Below are positions 38,680-49,117 of a stretch of DNA of 64,000 nucleotides, in pieces. The translations under genes and the position numbers were made by a program. Origin of the DNA: Monocercomonoides exilis PA203 (Eukaryota; Protista; Preaxostyla); the NCBI GenBank assembly GCA_001643675.2, contig LSRY02000040.1, positions 248,001 through 312,000 of the forward strand, given 5' to 3'. Numbering within the stretch: the first letter of the stretch is position 1; each line of letters begins with the position of its first letter. Under the pieces are notes generated by a model. That model made no database searches and was not told the DNA's origin. It saw only the letters and a program-made list of their open reading frames with translations.

Positions 38680-38919
38680 GGGTGATTCTTTTTGAAAAGT
38701 CACAAATGTAAAATTTTCAAATAAATCAAAATTTTCATATTTTGCTCACATTTCTGTTTCCACTCACATATCTTCTCAAGAATGTTAGAAACAGCATAAT
38801 CCTTAAATAGATTCCATATTTGTGAAGTTTGGTGTATGCCAACGAAAACTTAAGCAAAGGATGAAATTTTTATTTTCATCGAAAATAAAACAAAAGGAAC
38901 TTTACTAAAAAATTAAGAC
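38680..38919. mobile_element. MITE related to 37348-37587 (inverted), with a right end like 17886-18116
   Basis: Left end GGGTGATTCTTTTTGAAAAGTCACA, right end AAAGGAACTTTACTAAAAAATTAAGAC, flanks ATTT/ATGT. Homologous empty site near 60374. Confidence 0.75.
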
Positions 38920-39799
38920 ATGTGCGAAAACAAGCATCGTTGAAATCAAAATATAAAGTTTTCCGACATTTCGTGTATGTCAAAAAATGAACACATTTTT
39001 ATTTTGTTTTTTTTATATCAAAAAGTCAATGAAAAGTGCCTAAATTTTTCAATGATAGTGCCTGAAGTGAAATATTTTGTCCCATATTAATAACTTTTAT
39101 CATTTCAAATTAGAAAAGTTGTTTCAATGAGAAAAATTTTTTTATCAACAAAGCTTTTTAAAGTATTTTTTCTTTAAAATTTTTTATGATCTCCGTTTAA
39201 AAAGAGTATTCATTAAAAAAAATAAAACAATTTGAACGAAACCAAGTGTTTTTATTATTATTGATATTGAAGTGAAAAATTCATAATCACTTGTATTATA
39301 ATCTCAGTTAATCATTCTTTTAGTTTACAATAATTGAAGCGAAATCCGAATGTGAGTGTTTTGAGAAGCTGAGATAAAAATGAAAGTGCAAAAGTTGAAG
39401 CTGATAAAAAAGATGAAGAGGAAGTAGGAAAAACTGGATAAGGAACAGAAGAAGATGGAAGGAAATGTTTGTTGATTTTCATTTCCTTTTGAGAAACAAA
39501 TCAAGTGAATGATCACTCTATTATATATCTGGAATTTCTCTTTCTCTTTCTCTTTCCAATAGACAAACCCTTTCTTCTTCTTTATAAACATTCAAGCTGT
39601 TTTCTTTTTTCTTATCTTCTGCCAATGGAATGATCAATGGCAACATAATTCTGTGTTTAACCTTTAAGTTAACAAAAAAAATATGGTTAATGTTTTTATT
39701 CAAAAAATGTTTTATTTGTCAAAAAACAAAGTTACAGTTGATGTTTTGAAAAGAAAACATTCTGTTTTGTTATTTGAGAAGAAATACTTTGTTTGGGAG

Positions 39800-40855
39800 T
39801 ATTTCCTGGATTCAATTAATTTTAAATTTTCGTGCTGAATCTTTCACTTGGAATTCGTTTATCTTCTTTTTTTTCAGTAAATAATCATAAACCAAACTAT
39901 CCAAAAATAGTTGATTTGCTTCGTCTTTGCAGTAAGTTGGTTTTGAAGAATGTGATAATTAGTGAGACAACAAGTAACAAAAAAATCCTCTCCGATTTTT
40001 TCAACATCGAAAGGCCAAGGATGACGAAATACAGAGAATAATGTCTTAAGTTTTCCGAAAAAACGTTCAACAATAACCCTTTTTAACGAAACTTTCTTTG
40101 TTCCAACTGGTTTGCTAATGATCGCCCCCAGCTCGCGTATCTCACACACATAAGCAGAATCTGCGAGTATTTTCGATCCTTCCATTTTGTTCTGGAACTT
40201 TGGATTGTGCTCTTTTTACACGCTGTAATCGTGTGTTGAACCTGTATAAACCTTGCTTGTTGTGCTCGCTGTGCCCGTCCTTGGATTAACTCCCACTTCC
40301 ACTTTAACGCAATTGAAATGATGTTTTCCACTATTGAACTTCTTCCCTTCCTTCAGTTTTCCAACTGGTTTGCAAATAGGAATCACTGTGCAATCCAGCA
40401 CAATTCCAACATCCTTCATTTCTTCCAACCTGTCTTTGCGAAATGTTAGGAATAAATATGCCAACAGGTGTTTGAAAGAAGATGTTATTGAATGAACAAT
40501 CTGTTAGTCGCACTCTGAGAATCGTATAAAGGCGAAGCAATCGAATAGGTTAGTGTTGGAGAACTATGATCCAAAAAATTCAGAAGCAAAAACAAATGCT
40601 CCTCCAAAGCGTTAATTGCTCTGTCTCTTCCATGGTGCTGAGGAGATTCTTTTTGCAGTAGTGACAACAAGAGATAGAATTCATTTCTTGAAAACCATGA
40701 TAATCGAAAAAAAAATGAGATGAATCTTCATGTTTTTCGTAAGTTGTTTCAATGATAGAACTGTGAACATTTTTTGTTTTAATTTGCAGAGTTTTCTGCA
40801 AAACATTACGTTTTTCAACACTTTCCAGAATGCTTTCAATGTTAATTTGAGACAT
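39800..40855 (-). pseudogene. DDE_Tnp_4 (IS5/Harbinger-like) transposase, frameshifted
   Basis: MSQINIESILESVEKRN, IVLDCTVIP, GKHHFNCVKVEVGVNP, KILADSAY, KRVIVERFFGKLK. Confidence 0.85.
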
Positions 40856-42094
40856 TATTTTCACTTCAGAAAAGTTTTATTGACAATAATTCTCATTCAT
40901 TGATGTTTTTTTTGAAAAATCGATTTCCCAACATTTCATTTATTGGTTGTGAGAAATTCAATACGGTATTTTCTGCATCGAATTCGAATTTTTAAAAACT
41001 TTTGTGAAAAAGATTCAACAAATAAAAATTGAATAGAGCAAAACGTCAAAGGTCTTTGAGAACTTTGTTAAAATTATCACTTCCGCACCAAATTGATTGA
41101 AAAAATTCGTTTGTTGTGTGACTTTTTGAATGTTTCTCACTCAAATATGTATTTTCTCAATATTTTTCCTGGCAACTTTAGGATATTCATATTTTTTTTT
41201 CATTTTGTGATCTGTGATATGAAATTTTTTTGTTTCGTAAATTAATTCCCCATTAAATTGAGTAAGGTTTTAACATTTTGTTGGTATGTTTATTATATGT
41301 AATTTAAACTTTTTTTGATAAGTTTTTTGAGTTTTGTTTTATTTTTGAACAGTGCATTTGAATCATGTTTTTATGCAATTTTTACGAGTGTAAATAACTT
41401 TTAACCATTTTTAACTGTATTTTTCATATATTTAGTACAATTTTGAAAGTTCTAATTGTTTTAATAATATTTTTTTTACAAATTCACTCATTTCATATTT
41501 TTATTTTTTGTTTTGAGAATCAATAATGAAATAAAGTTATTCAATAAAAATTTCTTGAATTTTTATTTATGTTTTATATCAATTTATTTTAAAAAAACTT
41601 GTCAATTATTAAATGATATTCTATTTAAAAAAAATGAAAATTAAGTGAATTGAAAAATAAAAAACTATAAAAAAACAAAATGTTTTTGACTCAGCAAGCT
41701 CTGAAAAGGAGTTTTGTTGACTCTTTTTTCATTCGTTGTGGAACTGGGAAAAGAAGCGGAAGTGAACGATGATGTTGATTAAGGTTACTGCAGACGAAGA
41801 GATCTTTATTAATTTGGGATGTGTCAATCTTGTGGACAATCAGCAATTTCTGTTTTTTTTTCCATTTTTGTCTCTCTCATTTATTTTTATTCAATCACTT
41901 CTATCTTTTTCTTCAACAGATTTTTTTTTCGTTTCATTTTCTTCATTTCTTCTTCATTTTCTTCTTTTTCTACTTCATTTTCTGACTGCAGGGAATGAGA
42001 ATCGCCTTATAAACACAGTTATGGCAATATTCAAATGAAACCTAGTGTTCTTAACATCATAAACATTAATATGGGTTGAAAAATAAAATCACTC

Positions 42095-43198
42095 TTATAT
42101 CTTTGCAAGCAAAGATGAAACATTGTGAGTCAGTGGTAAGTCCGGGTTCAGTGTGGTTTTCAGTTTTGCTCTGTATTTTTCATTGGTCACTTTTCTTGCT
42201 CTTTGTCGATTTAAAAAGTGAATGTGCAAGTTATTGACAAACCTTCGATTTGCTTCAGAATCCTTCTCAGTCAGTGGGTTTTTCAGGATGTGAAAATTCG
42301 TCAAACAGCATGCAATTGAAAAATTCTACGCCACTCTTTCCACTTCAAATGCCCATGGATGCCTGAAAACTGAAAAAAGTGTCTTCAACCTCCCAAAAAT
42401 TCACTCGAAAATTACTCTTATGGATGCCAATTCTGGTGTTCCGACAGGTTTTGAGATAATTGCACACAATTCTAGACTTGCTCAAATGCAAGCTGAGTCA
42501 GCAAGAATCTTTGCTCCTCCCAATTGACCCTCAAATTGAGGTAAATGGTCTTTAAAAAGGACAAAATCATGTGTTGACCCTGTTTGAACTGAACTGATGG
42601 TACAAGCAGTACAAATTCGAGGATTAACACCAACTTCCACATTCACACAGTAAATATGATGTTTTCCACTATAAAATATCTTTCCATATTCAAACCTCCC
42701 ACCTGGTCGATTTATTGGAATAACTGTTCAATCCAAAACAAGACCCACCTCCTTCATTCCTTCAAGACGATCTGGTCGAAAAGTGAGAAATAAATAAGTC
42801 AAGGACAATCTGATGTCTGCAGCAATACTGTGAAGAAGACGAATTGTTGCATTTTGAGTATCATAAAAAGAAGTTGAAAATATGAATGTGAGTGTAGTGG
42901 ATCCGTGATTAGGAAAAGTGAGTAATAGAAAAAGTTGATAAGAAAAATTGTTCATTTCCTTTTCTTTTCCTCAGTGAAGAGGAATTTCTTTTTGAAGAAG
43001 AAGAAAAAGAAATAAATCGAACTCAACTCGAGCGAAGCCAGTACATCTTAAAAAATCAGTTGGCATGTTGTTTAAAATATTCAAAGCTCTCTCAATGATT
43101 GATGTGGAATTTTTTGTTTTTTTGACAGCAGGAGAAGCAGGCATTTTATTTCTTTCTTCAATTCTCTCCAAAACATTCAAAAGAGAAGAATTAAACAT
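42095..43198 (-). pseudogene. DDE_Tnp_4 (IS5/Harbinger-like) transposase, disrupted
   Basis: RCTGFARVEFD, GLVLD*TVIP, GKHHIYCVNVEVGVNP, KILADSA, TNFHILKNPLT. Confidence 0.85.
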
Positions 43199-43410
43199 AG
43201 ATAGAAACAGTTAGAAAATGATAACAACAAACACACACTTTAAATTTCAATCTTTTGTGTGATAAAAAAAGTACCAATGATTTCAAACAATGGACGTGAT
43301 GAAATCACATTGGAACTTTGTCGATCTTTTTGGAATGATATCAAACTCATACTAAATAGTTAATGTCGATACGATATAACTGAATAAATATGCACAAGTT
43401 GTTGTTGAAG

Positions 43411-44094
43411 TCTCAAATCTGGCTGGGGAGTTTAGCAGGTCCAGTGATCATTTTTCAAAAAATTTTCATTTTTTTCATTGAAAAATTATGTTCTTAATTT
43501 GAAATAAAATTACGTTATATTGCACGCAAATATGAATGTTTGAGTGGAGTTTCCGTTTCTCATCATTTAATGATTCGGTGATTAAAAAATTATTAATGAT
43601 CAAAAAAATTTTTCAATGAAAAAATTTTTTAATTTTGAAAAAGGATAACTTCCAATTTTCGTCAGCATTTTTGTTGAATGCACACAAGTGCTATTCATTC
43701 ATACGAGTTTCCAAATTTCCTCGATAAATTAACAAATAGAAAAATTATTCAAACGATAAAAATTTTGAATCAATAAAATATCGAGGAAATTTGGAAACTC
43801 GTATGAATGAATAGCACTTGTGTGCATTCAACAAAAATGCTGACGAAAATTGGAAGTTATCCTTTTTCAAAATTAAAAAATTTTTTCATTGAAAAATTTT
43901 TTTGATCATTAATAATTTTTTAATCACCGAATCATTAAATGATGAGAAACGGAAACTCCACTCAAACATTCATATTTGCGTGCAATATAACGTAATTTTA
44001 TTTCAAATTAAGAACATAATTTTTCAATGAAAAAAATGAAAATTTTTTGAAAAATGATCACTGGACCTGCTAAACTCCCCAGCCAGATTTGAGA
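43411..44094. mobile_element. Foldback/MITE: perfect 316-bp inverted repeat with 52-bp spacer
   Basis: 43411-43726 is the reverse complement of 43779-44094. The end motif GGGGAGTTTAGCAGGTCCAGTGATCA resembles the E2 TIR. Confidence 0.9.
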
Positions 44095-44375
44095 TCCTAA
44101 CAATTTTATTGGAACTTAAACGATATGGCCATATCATAAAGTAATGAAAATGTCAAAACATTATAAGATCATTCTTTTATTTTGCGTTTAATTCATAACG
44201 GTTGTTATTTTCTCACGAAGAGTTGTATCACGGATTTATGAAAATGTTGTTTGTTGTTCTATTTTATTTTTTATTTCAATTAAATATGAATAACGTGTCA
44301 AATATATGCAGCATGAAGATATGTTTTGTATTATTGTTTCTTGGATGTTTTTTTGGCATAGATGTAAATTGCACA

Positions 44376-44525
44376 ACTTTCAGTTTGAATTTTTTCCATA
44401 TTTGAATATAATATCGTTAATCCACACAATTTATATAAGCGATTCAAGGAGGGAAATTGCGAAATTCGATCATGAAATTTCACTCGATTTTAATAATTTA
44501 TCATAAATCCCATAATCAATTTTTT
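44376..44525. repeat. 150-bp repeat with an inverted near-identical copy at 56135-56284
   Basis: Reverse-complement match with one mismatch seen. Confidence 0.88.
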
Positions 44526-45485
44526 CATTTGGTTCAAAACTATTTTTTGTATATTAATTTCCGAGTAATTCAAAATATGCAAATTTTTATTAATATTGTT
44601 AGTGGAAACACAAGCTTTGTTGTAATCATTATTTTGATATATATTCATTAAAGCGTATTGTGCTGCTAGGCGGATCTGGATGATAAGAAGAGGATTACAT
44701 GATTTTTATGTTGGCAAACCAAACAAGGCAGAAAGTTATTTTATCTCCAAAAGACGTATATTTTGTCACAATCGCAATTGTCTTTGAAATGGTGGTGGGA
44801 TGATGCTGCATCTGACTGTGGTTCACACGACTTCTCAATAAATTCCGTTGGCTTTTCAGATTGCACTGAAAATTCGAGTGAAAATAATCTGTTTGTGAAT
44901 GGAAGCAATTCTGCAAGCTGGGGAACAACAACGTCAACGTTGAAAAATATACAGAGCATTTCAACATTAAAGGAACTGGTGGGAATTAACCGGAGTGGCT
45001 CATCAATAGGACAATTCCCGCTGAATGTGTTTCTGGACACAATATCCTGAGCTGTGCATGTTGGTAAGGGGAAGGATGGGCTTGGTGGATACGACTCTTG
45101 GTTTTGTGGGTTCGATTATTATCCTTGTACAACCATCACACACACTGCACGAACGCGATTTTCAGAGTGAAATAAAAAAATAGAGTTAGATCCAGAATTC
45201 GTGCTTGCTGAAAAAGTTGCCATGGATGAAGCCTATGTGTGGGAAATTTCATGCACCACAAAAAGGACTGCAATCGAGGTGAACTTTCCAACCACTTTTG
45301 AATCTGAAAACTTCTTGATCGAAATGCTAAACAGATGCCCCATTAAAAAGACAAAATTTCGCATTCCATTTGTTCTATCCAGTGCATCAACGATGTTTTT
45401 GGCACACTCCACATAATTCAATATCACAGACTGCTCGGTTTCTAGTTCGCCAGACAGTATTGTTAGTTAATCGATTCGATACAGC

Positions 45486-48400
45486 GGCATAGGTGTATTT
45501 AAGGTACATTCCCAATACTTGGTTATTCTTAAAACATTATAATAAATAAAAAGAACATTTAATAATTAAACATTTGTATGGACTGAAATTTTGAAATTCT
45601 TTTAGATCCTTGAGAAAAATTTATTTTTAAAAATCACCCATAAATATGAGTATTTTTTCAAAATTTTAATAAAAATTGATAATTTTGAAACAAAAAGCAG
45701 ATGAAATGTTATTAATAATGGTATTGTCCTATTTTAATTATAAAAATTTGAGAAATAAAACATAAAAAAATATAAATTATAAAATTAATAAAAATTTGAT
45801 CAATCCCACAATTAAAATTTTAATATCCAAATAATAAGAATTTGCTTTATATTATCATACATTGAAACCCTGTTAAAGACTTATAAAAAAATTATAAATA
45901 TGTATATTATCTTAAAATATACGTTGGTATTTTATTTTGAATACATTCTATTTTTGGTGTTCATGAATGATTCATTATTTCTTTAAATATAGATATATAT
46001 AATAAGAAATGAAAATATTGTTATATGTTTTATGTCTTATTGAACTTTCATGGTAATATTGCAATGAATATATCGTCTCGTTCTTTGCAATTAGTGAACT
46101 TTATGTTGTTTTTTCTTTTCATTAATCGTTTCGTAATTCGTTAGTTTCATTTTTCAAAAGCAGTGAAAAATAATGTTTGCATTCACTAAATGATATTTTA
46201 TACACGAAGATAATTACATGTTTGTTTTTGATGGTGCAATAAAAATTATATTTGTTTATAACTAAAATCAATCAGCAAAATTTTAATTTATTCAACAAGA
46301 AAAAGAAAAACCAATATTTGTCAAAAAGTTTTTCAATAAATGAGTCGTAAAAAACGATCAATTGCTGTCAGCATAAGAATTTGATATTATTTTCTTTATC
46401 AATTTCTTCACTTCACGTAAAGTGAGTCTGCTATCTGGCTCATCTCCGCACATCCTCTCCATCAGCTCAACTAGATCTTCTCCTTCGATTCCTTCTGTCA
46501 GTGGTCGCACTCCATCCCTCATCATCTTCTGTGCTTCTTCTGCTTCACACTCGCTCAATGGAACTTCTCCTGTTGTCATTTCATGAAGAATCAGACAAAG
46601 TGTAAAAACAACTGCTTTTTCTATTCCCTCATCTCCTGCTCCATCTTCTGGTACCTGCCATCGTTTCATTTCATCCCTCTGCTTCTCATCTTTCAATTCC
46701 TCTGTCAAAACAAATATTCCCCTTCCATTTGCCCCTCCTTTCTCAATAAAAATAGAATACGGACACAGCTGCCTTGCCATCATTTCCACCCTTTCGTCTT
46801 CAACTGAAATCAAATGCTCAATTCTCTCTGCAACTGCCAACACCACCTCCTTTCCATCAATAACATCCATCGCTCTTATTCCCAGAGTGAAATTTCCTTG
46901 AACGGAATGAATCATCGAGTATAATGTTTTGATGTTCTTTTTCTCTTTCTCTCGAAATGGTTTCTTCGCTGATATTACGTTGAATGAATTATTCTGATGA
47001 ACTCCAGAAACAGAATCATTCTCAGAAAATGGTAATGGAGATTCCAAATCTGGAAGATCATTTTCGTTCAGAATTTCATCGTTGCTCATCGAAGGAGGAT
47101 CTGGAAGATCTTCTTCATCGTTGTCAATCAGAAGTGGAATTTGGCTTGTCATCCCTTCCAGCAATGTGGATGGCATGTCGCTCATCTCAAAGCTTCTTCC
47201 ATTGTTTTCCCTTCTTCTCCTCTCAATCTTCCCCATTATCTGCTCATTTTCCAATATTTCTTTCTCAACTTTCTTTTCGGCTTCCCTCAGTTTCTTTCGC
47301 AGAAGCACAAGAACCGCAACAAACAAAGCAACAAAAATCAACAGAACAATAATGCACCCAATAAAGGCAAATAAGCTCCATTCAATTTTTTCCTCTCCTA
47401 TTGATATTCTTTTATCTCATTTTGGTTCAGAATCACTTGCATTCTTCAGAATGAATGAATTTGTTAAAGAAGGATTATCAGTAACTCCGAATAGGATATG
47501 CACACTCACTTCTATTTCATCTACACAACTACCGATTAGATTTTTTACCACACTTCCTTCAGCTTCTCTTTCTGATTAGAATTTATTTGAATCAAAATCA
47601 TAATTTTCAATCTCTGACTATTCTCCCTTTCTCTTCACAACTGAGAATGACAGATTGCACGGAACAAAAAGAAATCCTTTGAATGTCAGCTTCATTCTGT
47701 CTGTCTCTTCTTTTGCTTCCACACTTTCCAGAACTGGAATAAAGAACGATGAATCCCTCTCAGAAATAATCCCTTCAAAACTGTACCCTTCATTCAACAT
47801 CCAAAGTGATGTATTTCTCTCCGATCCATCTCCACCTTTCAAACTCATCACTTTCAATATTCCTGAATCAGAGCAGATGATGTTTCTTCTCAATGACGGA
47901 TATCCTTCAATCGATGGATTATTGTTCTCAAATCTTCCATCATTAACAGTCATTTCCCCTCCACTCATTTTGACTCCACCTTCTGGTGTATTTGATATTG
48001 TTGTATCTTTCACTATCACAGAACTCTTCACAATATCCACAAGAGATCCATCCCATCTGCATATCTCTTCTTTCTCGTTCAAATATTGCTCATTTCTTTC
48101 TTTTGAATTCCCATCGAAAAGGCAACTATCCATTTTTACGTCTAAACAATTCTCCAATTTCAGCAATTTTCCTTTTGTGGTTTTTGAACTGATTTTACTT
48201 ATTGTGCAATTTACTTAATGTGCTGTCCTCATAAAATAAAATGTTTAAATCTAATAATTTCACTGATCAAAGATAATCTGTTGAAGGGATCAAAATAACT
48301 ATCTTCTTTAACATTTTCTCAGAGACTGCAGAATTTCAAATAAAAAAATGCGAAATGTAATCTCAAATTTTCTTCACAGCCAAATATGCTACTCACTTCT

Positions 48401-49117
48401 CCTCTGAAATGAAACAGCAAAAGTATTGGCTTTTATTTCGTTTTCAACGTTCAACATTGATTCTGAAAAATATAAATAAAAAAATAATGCAATTCGTTAA
48501 AATATTCTAAAAATAAGTTAATTAATTGGAATTCAAACTTCGTTGGCCTCACCAGCGTTTCTTTATTCAATGTCATCATGGTTTAATAAGAATATCCTCC
48601 AACTACACAAAAACAATCAGCTTAAAAATCATAATCAAAAATAATAAAGAATTGAATGAAATGTTAATAATCATTCAGCGCAAACTTTAAAACTACATTT
48701 ATATATATGATTTGTTATAGGTTCGCAAGCGGTGGTTCAATTCAAAACGAAAGAAACTTATTTCTTATCTTTTGGATATTAAAATTTTAATTGTGGGATT
48801 GATCAAATTTTTATTAATTTTATAATTTATATTTTTTTATGTTTTATTTCTCAAATTTTTATAATTAAAATAGGACAATACCATTATTAATAACATTTCA
48901 TCTGCTTTTTGTTTCAAAATTATCAATTTTTATTAAAATTTTGAAAAAATACTCATATTTATGGGTGATTTTTAAAAATAAATTTTTCTCAAGGATCTAA
49001 AAGAATTTCAAAATTTCAGTCCATACAAATGTTTAATTATTAAATGTTCTTTTTATTTATTATAATGTTTTAAAGAATAACCAAGTATTGGGAATGTACC
49101 TTAAATACACCTATGCA
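45486..49117. mobile_element. 3.6-kb non-autonomous gene-capturing (Pack-type) DNA transposon with ~346-bp TIRs and 8-bp TSD
   Basis: GATACAGC|GGCATAGGTG...CACCTATGCA|GATACAGC. TIRs at 45486-45831 and 48771-49117 are near-identical. No transposase inside. Confidence 0.93.
46358..48215 (-). pseudogene. Captured 3' fragment of a single-pass receptor: ectodomain repeats, TM helix and kinase C-lobe remnant
   Basis: Ectodomain (47618-48166); TM EWSLFAFIGCIIVLLIFVALFVAVLVLLRKK; kinase subdomain IX-XI-like AVVFTLCLILHEMTTGEVPL...GVRP...DEPDSRLTL. In-frame stops near 47575 and 47618. Confidence 0.75.

Noticed and set aside
48715-48750. GGTTCAATTC B-box-like motif suggesting a tRNA or SINE
   Set aside because: No cloverleaf stems can be formed.
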